A stretch of 64,000 bases of DNA from Trichinella spiralis. Lineage: Eukaryota. A program made the position numbers and the translations under genes. Shown piece after piece: positions 1-14,107 of this stretch (position 1 is the stretch's first letter; each line of letters opens with the position of its first letter). The stretch is from positions 182,965 through 246,964 of the forward strand of contig NW_003526945.1 in assembly GCF_000181795.1 (NCBI RefSeq), given 5' to 3'. The notes below the pieces were generated by a model. The model worked only from the letters and a program-made list of their open reading frames with translations, had not been told where the DNA came from and did not search any database.

Positions 1-2394
1 TAAACAGAAATTCATGACACAAAACACACCTACGTATTTTTGAAAATTTTCTTAAATCAGAAAACAAGTAGCTGAAATGAGGCTAATTTTAAGTGAACAA
101 TTTTCGGGCAAAAGCTTGCTTATAGTCAATTGAAAGTATATGTTAGCTACTGCAATGGTGATTTTCGAAAGACCATATTTCAATAATAAATAAACTATGA
201 GTACACGTTGTTTTAATCAAACTTAATTGTACGGAAATTTGTCGTTTATTAAGTCACCTCTCATCTCACGTTGAGAATTCTTCATAGAAAATATATTGAG
301 AAATCATGCTCAATATCGATTCTTAATTATATTAACTGATTAAGACTTAAAAATAAAAATATGCCACTTACTGCTAAATGCGCCATTTTCTCATCGTTAA
401 TGTTCATTGTCTTTGAATGTTGATTGAAAATTATTTTTCAGAAATTATTCCAAAAAATAATAATGAATAAAAAGCAAAAATAGTGTTTGGCTTCAATGTT
501 TGTCTTCAGTCAATTTTCCAATCAAAACGCTGAGCTACCATCCACGGACGGCCTCAAACTGAAATGATTTCCATTATGTCAATAAAGCAAGCGACCTCGC
601 ATGCAAATTTTTATTTTATTCATTTCTACTGATAAATATGGCTACTGTATATTTTTCGTTGGTCTTAATTTACTTTATTTCATAGATAATCCAAAAATAA
701 TTACGATGCTTAAAATCAATAATAAAAACAATATGAGTTATAATGCATTTTAATTGTAAATTAATTAAGTACAATCACGCAACTTCAAACAACACATTCA
801 TGCTAAGCACTTTTTAATTAAAAAATAAATAGAGACAACAAACACGTAAACGGTAAAAAATTGTGAAGATGAGTTTTAATAATACGAAACATATGCAAAT
901 TTAACGTGGTTCATCAAATTTAAGGAGTTTATACGGTTATGGTCGCTGAAGAAAAAAATGACTTTGCAAAGCTGGATGCTCGAATATCTTCAGAGGAACG
1001 TCTAGCCGTGCATTTACTTGTATTCTTTGTATATACTTAACCCTCCCGTGATCCTCGAATCGTCTTTCCTACTTTTGTCTTCCTCGTCAAATTGACCCAA
1101 ATGTGATGCACAGGTTATTTTTCGATCATACTGTAACTTTTGTGCATTTAATTTTATAAGGTGCTAATAAATATTATAATGTGTAGAGTTTATCATTTTT
1201 CTGATAAGACGAAATATGGTGGATATACTTTTACACACTTGAATTACAATATGATTGTGTATGATGCTTACAAACGTATTTCTGGCATTTTTGACAACGT
1301 AAGCTTGTCTTGATGTCACTTGATGTTTGCCATTTGGCAAATTCATTTATGCCAGATTTCAGTCTCTTTCATTTACATTGCAATGCACACTTATTATGTT
1401 TTCACAAGAAATTTTTCAATAATAAATAATTGTTTTTCTTCCATTTTTCTTGATTTACATTAAAAATTGTCTACTCTTTTACGTTTCAGTTTCCCAAGTT
1501 GAGTTACAAGGATTATTGAGCTTTCCAAAATTGAACTGTTTTCGATTTCTTTCATGAAAATTTATCTGTATAACTCCGCCTAGCAACTTTCAATGACAAA
1601 CATGATATTTTTCCCCTGGTTAAGTAACTTTTTACTTTCTTTCTTAAAATATATTCTCGAAACTCAACTGCAATGCCCAGTTTCAAGTACAAGAAACAAA
1701 TTTTCCATTTGGAGAATTTCAAAGAGCGAATCAAATCATTGAAAACGCACCTCTTCACTGGCTGCCAATTTTTGTTTTTTTTAAAAAGAAAATACATTGT
1801 TTTTCGAAAATTTCGAAATTTTTTTCACTGCAGTACATGCATAGTATATATATATATATATATATATATACGTGGATATTTATTTTCGCCGATGTCATAA
1901 AAACTGCTTCCAAAGTTGGCCGTTGTTTCGCAAAAAGTAAAGAGGAAAGCATCGCCGACGCGAAACCATATCGAAACGTCAATGAGGGGGGTTTAACCGG
2001 GAAATCTAGTCGATAGAGTGTGTAAAACTTTGTGCAAGATAAATTAAATTAATCGAAAATTATTTTAATGTAAATATGAAAAAACTGTTTTGATATTTGG
2101 AACAATGAAGAAAGATCATCATTGGGTGATGAATAAGTAAAATGAAAATGAACTAATTCTATTGCAGTCTCTAACAAGAAGAAGAAGAAGAAAAATAGAA
2201 AAAGGAAGAAGCCATTTGAACATGTTAAGCTACATTGAGAAAGGCTAAAACTGATGCATTCGATAGTGGAAAATTCATTTCCAAGTAGAACACTGATTGA
2301 CAATTTTCTCACAACAATATCTATTATTAAAGCTTTTGAAGTGGATAGAATAAGATTGTTTGTTACCTTGTGCTTTTTTTCTTAAATAAAATTT

Positions 2395-5300
2395 TTAGGA
2401 TGATGAATTTTGCTGTTGCAAATTTGGGCGAGGCACTGTCGAATAAAGGCCGCCAAGTAAGCGACCGACCGAAAATGAGCAGTCGAGTTTGTCCGGCGAG
2501 GGCATCGACGACGACCGGCGCGCCGGGTCCTGGTCGAGCAGCTCGGCGATGCAGTTCTGGCGCAGTTGCATGGCGCTGGTGTAGCCTGGGACGGCTTTGC
2601 GTCTCAGACGGCTCGCGTTGATGGCCGTGGCCCGGACCAGCGGGGCCAGCACCGACCGGTGCACCAACGCCCCGTCGAACAGCGGACCAATTTCAACGTT
2701 GCCCTCATCGGGCATCGAATCCCCGTCCCCGTCGACCGCCGGAACCCCGTCCGCAGTTGTCGCCACGTTGCCTGTGTTCGCTTCTTTTTCTTTCCCTTGC
2801 CCTTCTTGTTCTTGTTCTTCGTGCTTTTCGGCTTGGTGCCCTTTCGGGTCGTCGTGTTCTTCGTTACTTCGTCCGTTGGTCTGGATTGGCTCTTCGTCTG
2901 TCACGACCGGAGAACCACGTCTGCTCCTGGTAATGGCAATCTGGCGTTTTTCTTGCAGTCTGATTTGGAAAAATGTCGCCTGGTCGACCGGCCCAACAGG
3001 ACTGACAACGATCAGCACGTCGCAAAAGTCGGTCGGGATCGTGGCGCGTCTGTACGGTCGCCAGTGTTCCGTCCAGACGATATGGACTTCGTCGTTGCCG
3101 ATGTGGCGCAGGGTTCGAGTGGAATCGGCCGACGAGAGCCGGGTGCTGACATGGAAGATGCACTCGAGTTGCGCGGTCTCGTAGTACGGCGCCGTCCCAG
3201 TGGCGGCCAGGCCGCCGCAGTAGCCGCGGTGCGAACGCAGGTCCACCTCCCGGCCCAGACCGGCGACGAAAAGTTCGAAGCTTGGCGAGCCGGAACGATT
3301 TTCCAAAATGGTCCGCTTGTCCTCTTGGCCCGGAGCCACGTAAATGACAGCAATTTTGTGCAACTCGCGGCAACCGGTGCCGTCGACGTGCCTGAACTGA
3401 CGTTCCACCTGCAACGCTGAATTATCCAACAGCCGCAAGCGGGGCAAATTTTGCAAACAACAAAACAGAAGAATCGATTTGGTGGTGCGCCGGAATGCCG
3501 GTGGTGTGCCAACGGCTGAATGGTCGTCGTCGTCAGTCGCCACGCCACCATCGCAGTGTTGCTGTTGTTGGGGCGCCGGCGGTGGTCGACGATGTCCACT
3601 TTCTCCTCCTCCGGCTGCGCCTCCAGCTGGGCTTTGTTCCGCCGCTTGCATCTTTTGCAGCACATTTTCTCGAAAACTTCTCGAAAGCACATTCACCGGC
3701 TCCAGCGAACATTCCGCATTGCAACGGTGCAGCTCATCGACGAGACGCTGCAACGCGTCCCTGCTGTCAGCAACGGCAGCCTGGTTGGGCGACGTTTCGG
3801 CGCCGACTGCCAACGACGGTGCAAATTGCTCTTCACAACGCCACCAACGACGACAAAACCAACCGGCGTCCCGGTCAACGCACTTGTCCAACTGCCCGAC
3901 CGTCCAAACGTGGTGACCCGCCACGGTGCGACAAGAAAGACGACCACCCGGCAGTGGAGTGAGTATCCAGCAGCCGGTGCCGTCCCGCGAGCGACAGCCG
4001 ACGCTGGCAGCCGGGCCGTCATCGCGCCCAACCGACTGCCCGAGAAAGGCCTTTGGCGAGTACAGGCGTGGTCGTTGGTCCAGACAACTGTTCAACCGGG
4101 CGAACAAACCGACCGCGAGACGGCGGCGCAGTGCCGTCGACCCCGGACCGCACATCTGCTCCAACAAACCGAGCACGGTGAACAGCGCCCAAGGCTGTTC
4201 ACATCGTCCGCGACCGCCGGGCCTTCCGGTAGACTCGCCTTCCTGCCGGTCACTTGGGCTTTCACTTCCACTAGTCGGGCTTTCAGTTTCGCTTTGGTCA
4301 ATCGTCTCGCTTTCGTCCAACGTTGTCATGATCAACAGCCAGTCAACCAGGTCGCAGCAGATCCGTTCCAGCGAGTCATAGTCGACGTCGTGAGACGAAG
4401 GCCGCGACAACAGTTCCACCAGACCGTCGGCAAACGAGTCGACCAGCCGGCCGAGCATGCGCAGGCGCCTACGGCTCTGTCCCAAGTTGCCGTTCGACGT
4501 GCTCAACGCCACAGCCGAGGCGAACAACTGGCAGCCGAACTCAACCGACCGGAGCGTGGTGAAAGTCAAGCCGCGCAGCATGGACTTGAAGCAGGCGGTC
4601 TCAAGGCGGCGGTGGCCGGCAACGCCAGCCGCCAGCGCGTGGTGCAAAACCACCGAAAGACCCTTGGATGCAACGACGACGTGGCCGGCGGTCACGGCGT
4701 CGCAGAGACAGTCGACCACCCGGGTGCACAGAACGCCGCCGTCCACTCGCGACGACCGACCGCACTGGTCAAGCGCGGTCGAGCAGAGTCGGCCGTTGCC
4801 GACAGTCAGCAACGGCGCCACGCCGGCCAAACATCGCAGCAGCGGCACCGCGGTAAGGCGCCTGTTGGCAGTCGCTAGTTCAGAGTAGATTTGGTCAGCT
4901 GCGCGGACGAACGCCGCAACGGTCAGCAGAGACGCCGGCCAGTAGGCGACAAAAAATCCCGTGCCCAAAGCGTCGAACACGGCCAACAGAAGCCTGCGGT
5001 CGACGGCGGAGCTGATCAGCAGCTCGAGCAGCGAGGCAAACAGAGCGGCCAAATGGAGCTCGGCCGTCGGTCCGGAGGTCAGTTGCTGCCTCTGGGACCG
5101 CGTCAGCACGGTGCAGTACAACTTGGCGGCACAGATTCGACTCTCGGCGTAGCGGTCTGGCAGGAACAGGCAGTCGTTCAACCAGCCGACGAACATGTGA
5201 ACTGGCGGTCGCGGGACGGCGCCGGTGGCCGGCTGACCGTCGTCAATTTTGCTCAACTGACCAATGACCGAAGCGAGCACTTCGAGCACGCGCAAATGGG

Positions 5301-7728
5301 CTTCGGCGTTGTCGATTCGATTCACGTCGCCCAGACAGCAGAGAAGACGACGCCAGACGACGAACAACGCTTCGGGACGGTCGGCTTCTTCGCTCGGTAC
5401 TGAAGTCGGCAACGTCAAGCAGTCCGGCTCCTCGCCGAACTCCTCCTCCTCTTCCTCAGCGTCTTCTTCCTCGATGTTGTCGCTCTGACCATCGCCCCCG
5501 GCCATGATCGTCGACTCAACCAGCATGTCGTCGTCGGTGAAAAATATACAATCACCTTCTGAAGTAGCCACACTCGCAGCGGCAGAATCGGCTTGCTCTT
5601 CGAAATTATCAACCCCAGCAGCAGCCTTTGGCACCGACTGTTCGACAATATGCTGCTGTTGCTGTTGTTGTTGTTGGTGTGGCCCGTCGTTGCCAGTGGT
5701 GTGTAATTCCGCTTGGAAAATTCGCTTTTGACTTTTTAATTCGACAATTGCGCTGCAGTCGACCGGCGGAAGTTCAACCTTCGGCTGCAGTCCACCGGGC
5801 CCGTGGGCGGGGTCGATCGCGGGCTGACGACCAGCACCGCCAGCCGACGACTTTGACGGCCGTCGCATACTGGGGGCGACGGGCTCCGCGGTCGGCCGCC
5901 GCCCCCGACGCCACGAACGGCCTGACGACGGCCGTTCCTGGGCACAGTCGACCGCGTACAGTTCGACACCCAGCGCCCGAGTGACGCTCTCCAACACTTT
6001 TCCCCATTCGATGACCAGCTCCGGCCGGTCGGCGCGTTCCACGCAACTTTTCAGAAGCTCATCCCACAACGTCAACGTCAACGAGACGTTCAAACTCGCG
6101 AACACCCAAGTGACAAGCAACGTCTGGTAAACTTGCGTAGCAATTTCTGAACAAAGTCGTCGTTCGACGTCCTGTCGGTCCGGATCAACTGGCAGAACAA
6201 AATTCACAACTCGCAGCAGAGCTTGGAGCAAAAAATGCCAAGTGTCGCGGTTCAGCTGAGAACCGAACGTGCAGGCCAAATATTTGAACAAGGACAATAT
6301 TCGAGCGCTGATCTGAGCAACAAGCGCCCGACGGTGAGCGTCGCCGGCAGGGGCGGTGCCGTCGAAAAACGACACCAGCACCGCCAGCACAATTTTCAGC
6401 TCCTTCTGCACCTGAGTGTCGCCGGCGACGCAGTTGGTCGCCTCGATCAGCAGTCGTTGCTTCAATATCCGAAACACCCGAGCCACGGTGCTCAAATAGC
6501 CGAACGGCAACTGCAAGCCGGCCCGGAGCACGGCGTACGTCCAATCGCGAATTGCTTTCGACCCGTACAAGACCCGGTGCACCAGGGCATAATTGACCGG
6601 CAACTGTTTGCCCACTTTGACCAAGTCCGACGTGTCCGCGTCGGCGGCGCCACTGGCGACGAGTAGCGAATCAGACGCGTGCCGATCGCCGACCGACGAA
6701 TACAGCGCCACCCAGCGGACAATGACGTGCGCCCCTACGAGGGCGTGGTGATCAGTTTGGTTGAATACTGGGCTCGAATCGGTCGCTGTAGACAAACAAT
6801 CCTCCGGCTGGACCAGCACGCCTGGACAACAAACGAACCCGTAATGTTCGAACACGAGCTCGATCAATTTTTCCAAACAGTCCAACTGGGCAGACTGACG
6901 ATCACGACGATTCCAGGCGATTTTCGTCACGTCACCGGAAATGAATTCCAACAATTTTTCCATGAACGACTGGGTGGTCATGGTTTTCGACCCTGCCGAA
7001 GCTGGACGAACTTGACTAACAAAAACCAACGGTTGGCATTTTTTCTTGGTCAAATTCGACTGCTGTTGCAGCGCCTGCTGGTGCTGCTGGTGTTGCTGTT
7101 CATGGTCTTGGTCCTGTTGTTGGGATTGATAATCGTCGGCGGATGTTGAAACACCACCGACAGTTATCGAATGCAGACACGGGCGATCACAAAATTCCAG
7201 CAAAACCGAATCAGCCAATCGACCGTCTCTGTTCGACAAATGCGGCACCAAACTGCCGAAACAAGCTTGCAAATTGTCGTCCCTGTCGCTGGTACCGGCA
7301 TGCAGCAAACACTGATACCAAAGTAGAAACAGCCTGACGCCGACCCGTCTGATGCCGGTGAAACTCTGCGGATGCAGCAGACGTCGCAGACTGTTGACGA
7401 TGGCGTTGTATTGCCACCGAGCGGCTATCAACTCGGGCACATTGCAAATAATCGTCTCGAGCAACCACAGTGCCGACTCCAGTTCAACAAACCCCACTCT
7501 GGTGGAACCGGCGTGCACTGACCAATCTGCTTGCAAAAACAGATCCAAAAATAGTTGGAACAACTCCGCGCAGCACAACTCCACACAGCTACGCCGTTCG
7601 TCCGCACTGGCCAAATGATCAAAGTACTGCTTGAAGTGTTTGTACCTGGAGCTAGGCTCGCGGCGCACGTCCGCAAAACGAGCCATCGCACCGGACAAAT
7701 CAGATTTCGACTTTTTCGACGCAAACAT
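2395..7728 (-). CDS. RALGAPA: Ral GTPase-activating protein catalytic alpha subunit (RalGAP-alpha; N-terminal helical region plus C-terminal Rap-GAP-family domain), single exon, ~1777 aa
   Basis: Uninterrupted ORF. The ATG at 7728 gives MFASKKSKSD..., resembling the RALGAPA N-terminus. It also has WQYNAI..LRRLLH..IRRVGVRLFLLWYQ and the C-terminal motifs RELHKIAVIYVAPGQED, APYY, IFHVSTR, RHIGNDEVHIVWTEH (Asn thumb present), IPTDFCDVLIVV, GPLFDGALV and LVRATAINASR. The ORF track start at 7755 is a TTG. Confidence 0.93.
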   Translation of the reverse strand: MFASKKSKSDLSGAMARFADVRREPSSRYKHFKQYFDHLASADERRSCVELCCAELFQLFLDLFLQADWSVHAGSTRVGFVELESALWLLETIICNVPELIAARWQYNAIVNSLRRLLHPQSFTGIRRVGVRLFLLWYQCLLHAGTSDRDDNLQACFGSLVPHLSNRDGRLADSVLLEFCDRPCLHSITVGGVSTSADDYQSQQQDQDHEQQHQQHQQALQQQSNLTKKKCQPLVFVSQVRPASAGSKTMTTQSFMEKLLEFISGDVTKIAWNRRDRQSAQLDCLEKLIELVFEHYGFVCCPGVLVQPEDCLSTATDSSPVFNQTDHHALVGAHVIVRWVALYSSVGDRHASDSLLVASGAADADTSDLVKVGKQLPVNYALVHRVLYGSKAIRDWTYAVLRAGLQLPFGYLSTVARVFRILKQRLLIEATNCVAGDTQVQKELKIVLAVLVSFFDGTAPAGDAHRRALVAQISARILSLFKYLACTFGSQLNRDTWHFLLQALLRVVNFVLPVDPDRQDVERRLCSEIATQVYQTLLVTWVFASLNVSLTLTLWDELLKSCVERADRPELVIEWGKVLESVTRALGVELYAVDCAQERPSSGRSWRRGRRPTAEPVAPSMRRPSKSSAGGAGRQPAIDPAHGPGGLQPKVELPPVDCSAIVELKSQKRIFQAELHTTGNDGPHQQQQQQQQHIVEQSVPKAAAGVDNFEEQADSAAASVATSEGDCIFFTDDDMLVESTIMAGGDGQSDNIEEEDAEEEEEEFGEEPDCLTLPTSVPSEEADRPEALFVVWRRLLCCLGDVNRIDNAEAHLRVLEVLASVIGQLSKIDDGQPATGAVPRPPVHMFVGWLNDCLFLPDRYAESRICAAKLYCTVLTRSQRQQLTSGPTAELHLAALFASLLELLISSAVDRRLLLAVFDALGTGFFVAYWPASLLTVAAFVRAADQIYSELATANRRLTAVPLLRCLAGVAPLLTVGNGRLCSTALDQCGRSSRVDGGVLCTRVVDCLCDAVTAGHVVVASKGLSVVLHHALAAGVAGHRRLETACFKSMLRGLTFTTLRSVEFGCQLFASAVALSTSNGNLGQSRRRLRMLGRLVDSFADGLVELLSRPSSHDVDYDSLERICCDLVDWLLIMTTLDESETIDQSETESPTSGSESPSDRQEGESTGRPGGRGRCEQPWALFTVLGLLEQMCGPGSTALRRRLAVGLFARLNSCLDQRPRLYSPKAFLGQSVGRDDGPAASVGCRSRDGTGCWILTPLPGGRLSCRTVAGHHVWTVGQLDKCVDRDAGWFCRRWWRCEEQFAPSLAVGAETSPNQAAVADSRDALQRLVDELHRCNAECSLEPVNVLSRSFRENVLQKMQAAEQSPAGGAAGGGESGHRRPPPAPQQQQHCDGGVATDDDDHSAVGTPPAFRRTTKSILLFCCLQNLPRLRLLDNSALQVERQFRHVDGTGCRELHKIAVIYVAPGQEDKRTILENRSGSPSFELFVAGLGREVDLRSHRGYCGGLAATGTAPYYETAQLECIFHVSTRLSSADSTRTLRHIGNDEVHIVWTEHWRPYRRATIPTDFCDVLIVVSPVGPVDQATFFQIRLQEKRQIAITRSRRGSPVVTDEEPIQTNGRSNEEHDDPKGHQAEKHEEQEQEGQGKEKEANTGNVATTADGVPAVDGDGDSMPDEGNVEIGPLFDGALVHRSVLAPLVRATAINASRLRRKAVPGYTSAMQLRQNCIAELLDQDPARRSSSMPSPDKLDCSFSVGRLLGGLYSTVPRPNLQQQNSSS

Positions 7729-10113
7729 CCCACATTCTGCACAAACAATATTCAATCAGCAAAAAATTGTTTTATTATACCTTTTTTAACTTAATTTGAA
7801 CAATTTTCGATATTATTCAATTATATATATATTTTTTAAGATAAGTAAATTCAACAGCAACCATAAACTACTTTGTCAGATTGTTGAAAAATATGTGCCC
7901 GCAAAACGCAAAAAAAACAAAAACGTTATTAACCTCAACGAACGTCTAAACTTGATTTATACCATTACTGTAACGTACAGTATCTGATGGTCTTCTTCAA
8001 AAGTCACAAATTATTAAACTGATATTGAAAACGAAAAAAAGTTATTTATATTAAAGGACATCGGGAAATTACGAAAAAAATTATATTTTCCTTCAACAAA
8101 ACAACAATTAATTCAACGCACTTCAACAGTTGCCATGATGATGGTGTCATTTTTCTCCTACAGTGGCGAATAACAAGAAACGATTTCGATTGTCAAAATA
8201 CACTGCATCATAATCTCAACATTTTACATTAAAATTACCAGAAACACAAATTTCAACTTATGCTTAAATATTAAAAAAAGAAGAATAAACTATTGTGTAA
8301 ATGATTGTAAATTACAAAGTTGAGAACAGGATTCGAAATGTTATTCACCATTTAAGAACAATTAAGCACGCGAAAAGTAAAACGTCATATGCAAAACATA
8401 TTTTTACACTTACCAAAGATTCACTGTTCAAAAGAAGTTCATTTAAGTCGAACAATGTACAGGTGAAATTTTCAAAATTTTCTCACTATCAACACCATTT
8501 AAAGCTGCCCCCTCACTTGTACAATGTATGCAATCTGTAGTAAGTAAATGAAAAGCAAGTAGACAAGTTGTTGATTTTGAAATAAACTTTTTTTCTACTT
8601 GGAAATATATTTGAATCGTTCACTATCGGCTACAATTTTTTAAATTAAAACTTTACCGTTTCTGTTACACTGAAATTTTACATTGTTCCAATACCATACA
8701 TGAGGTAGTCAATGATTAGTATAAAAATGAATAACACTTAAAATTTGAAATTCTGATGTCAGTTTGGTCATTATTTTTTACTTTGTGAATTTAACACTGC
8801 GAACAAGTAAAAGCTTAATCAATTTTAAATATAACTATTAGAAAGATGAGTGCAATAAAAGATCATCTTCTCAGATATTTATTCTAACATGCATTCAAAA
8901 ATAGGTTTATAGTTGTGCATTGTCATTTTCAATGTTTCAACAATTATCAATGCTTATTATGTTACACCAAACATGTGTCAATCATTCAGACTATTTGCAT
9001 AAATGGACTAAATCGTATCTTAACAGTTATTAAAATAATAATTTTTAAATCATTTAACTGTCTGTCTTATTTTTACGCCCTTATATTTGTTTCTATGTTA
9101 TATAATATTCTACACAACGTAAGCTGCATCCAACACTATGATATAATACAAAGAATTTTAATCTGTGAAAATTAAAAATTATAAATTTAATTATAATATA
9201 TAATGTTTGCTGTTATTATTTATTCCAGGCATAATTGCACTAAAATTATGTATGTTAAGTAACAGTAAACTATAATATAATCGTAACTGCATTACAGGCA
9301 AAAATAAATTGATGCGACATAATGTAATTCAGCATTTTGCAGACTGTTAAAAATAAATATGAAACAAATGCTGAACAAAATAATAATACAAAACTAGTTA
9401 TTAATAATAAATCTGCAGCACATTAACAACTGAACACTTTACAATACAAATGATAGTTGAGTGATTTTGGCTAATTATATAAATTGGTTTCACAATTATT
9501 AAAAGTTTTACAATGTTTTTCAGTTTATTATGTATTATTTTTCAATTTTCATCTGTAAATTTTTATTTTTGATTACAGTATCTTAACTTGATTTTCTTTC
9601 TGAAGAACGTTGAAATGTTATATAATGGTGAAGTAATGTATTATTTCATTAATATTTTAAAGTTTTGGTGTTAATTTTGTTTATATTACGCATGTATATG
9701 AATTGACATTGTCTTTAAACATATCTATACATATATATATATTTATTTATTTCTGCTACATTGTGTATTCCGCTGTTCTACAAGCCCTAGCTATAATAAA
9801 ATGGTAATTTTACACATTTGTTTAACATGCTTAATATAATATTTTTTTTAATTAATTTGAAATATTTTCAATTTTAAACTTAGAAAATTCTAAATTCATC
9901 ACATTTCATTTCAGTTTCAATGCATATTTAAAGATGTATGTTATGAAACGTGTAACTTTGCTTGTATTAACATAATTAAAAATAATATATGTTAAATAAT
10001 GGTATTTGAAAAAAATAATTACCATAAATTACCGATTTTCATTTCATTTGTATGCATACTTACAAACACTTATGTATATATATTCATGTATGGTTTGTTA
10101 ATTTTTGTTGCAG

Positions 10114-12034
<1,921 letters not shown>

Positions 12035-13495
12035 TGGGAAAAAAATTATTCATTTATCAGTGGTTTTGTATAGACACTTGTAAATATGTGTATATATTGC
12101 TGTGCACTGTATTTGAGTATAATCACAGAGTGTCATTCAAGTTTGGAGTTATCTTTTTTTCGTTATTATATAATTTTATGCATGTACAAGTAGTCGTTAA
12201 TTTTGTATTCTCCTAACGACTGCGCATGCGAAACTGCATGACCTACCTCAGGTGTTATATATTCCCCTTTTTTCTAAAGTTATTTAATTCTCCCCTTCTC
12301 CCAAATGGTTATTTATCGATTTATTTTTATTGTTTGTTTGTTCGTTTCACATTATGCATTTTGGATTGGAATTTGTGTTTTTTGTACATGGGTAGCAGGA
12401 TAAGAACAAGAAAATGTTGTAAAAGGCTTCAACAAGAAAGTTTATTCATTATTCTGCTCAAATTACCCATATTTATTATTATTATTATTGTTTGTTTATT
12501 TCTGTTTCTTTTCGGACATGGCTTTGTATTTTTTGCTAGTTCTATTATATTTCTTTATCTCCAATCGCGGTGGTTTGTTGGGACGATTTCAACAATTTTC
12601 AAATATTGTTATGCTGAGACTGCAGTGTTAGCAGACGAAATAATGCAAACCTTACAACGATAGACTGATTCAACAGAAGCAAGCATCTTGGTCGACACAT
12701 GGATGGTTTGGTGACATCGAGCTGAAAGCTGATATATACGTATACATACAAACATACGTTTATTTATTTATTCATTCATTTATGCTTGCAATTAGATTTT
12801 TTAAAAATTTTCTTTAGTGTTTAGTAAAATGCAATTGGTACAGTTATGCTTCTCAATTTCAGTTATTTCCAGGATAGAACAAATTTGTCTACTGTATTCA
12901 CCAATTACAGCGTGTGGTGTTGTAAATTTTGAATTGTATTAATGAAAAGTAAATATGATTTCCATTACAAAAATAGCATCGTCTTTGCATTCAATGCAGC
13001 AGCAGCAATCAATCTTTCAACTTTCACAGCTTTTCCTCAAATTCAAATCAGAGAATTTGAATGTAAAAAAAGAAAACAAAATTTCCATAAAAGTAACATT
13101 TTGTTAAGCTATTGTTTTCTAATTGCAAACTGCAATGCAACAAAACAGCTTTAGCAATTTGCAACGTTTCGTTTGTTGCAAAATCAAGATAATGCTGTTG
13201 ACCATTTTTGAATTCCGAAATACTTGCTGTATATGTATGTGTATATTATACATATATGCTGCAGCAGTATTTTTATTCAAATAAAGCTGTTGAACAATCG
13301 TTTTAAAGAAGTAGACACAATCGTTGTGTATAATAATAATGATAATAATTAAAAAAAAACAAAATATCTTTGAAATTGCTACATGCAGCACAATCTGAAT
13401 TATGAAATTGATAATTTCTTGGAAGAATGAGACGAAAAATAAAAAAACTAAAAATAGCGCAAAAACATTGTAAATTTGCTTTATCGATCAATTTG

Positions 13496-13498
<3 letters not shown>

Positions 13499-13537
<39 letters not shown>
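13499..13537. repeat. (AAT)n microsatellite
   Basis: Directly visible run of aat. Confidence 0.95.
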
Positions 13538-13539
<2 letters not shown>

Positions 13540-14107
13540 CATTGTCGACGTGAAATTGTCCAAACAACAACAACAACGTCCATCTCCGAGTGTATAATGT
13601 GAGGAGTATAAAAGAAGAAACGCTATTGGCGGAGGATTTTGAATGAGAAAATTTGCATGATGCAAATGCAAAACAAATAGAGCATGTAAAAAATCCTATC
13701 GTATATTTCTTTTATCCTTTGCTTTTTCTTCTCATACAAAAGTGACGTTTAAAAAACATAAAACGCCAGCAAAACCCGCAACAACGGTTGAAAGCGATTC
13801 TTTGTATGTATATATAAATATATATATATATATAGAGAGAGAGAAAGAGAGAAGTAAAAAAATGAAAAGATAATAACAAAAAAACAAAAATCAACATAAA
13901 AACATGGAAAAAATTGAAAAAATAAAAATACATATTTTTCAATGGCGATTAAAGATAAGCAAAAGCAAAGAAGAAATACGCATACACGTATACGGTTAAA
14001 AAAAGGGATGATGAAGTGCAATGCAAAAAATCATACTGTACCTAATTGTCGTGTAATTATAAAAGGAGAAATGATGGATAAAGATGAAATGAAGCAGCAA
14101 AGCTTGA

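Noticed and set aside
1..420. Possible first exon (MNINDEKMAHLA|GTAAGT, ~408-373, minus strand) of a gene leaving the window
   Set aside because: I could not build a consistent downstream exon chain or identify a product from the available sequence.
2566..7794. Many long + strand and alternate-frame ORFs (e.g. 3520-4878, 452 aa; 2566-3420, 284 aa)
   Set aside because: Shadow ORFs of the GC-rich, codon-biased RalGAP CDS, with no recognisable domains.
12226..14021. Hydrophobic F/I/L-rich ORFs between IDH3A and MTSS1
   Set aside because: Products of T-rich UTR or intergenic sequence and microsatellites.
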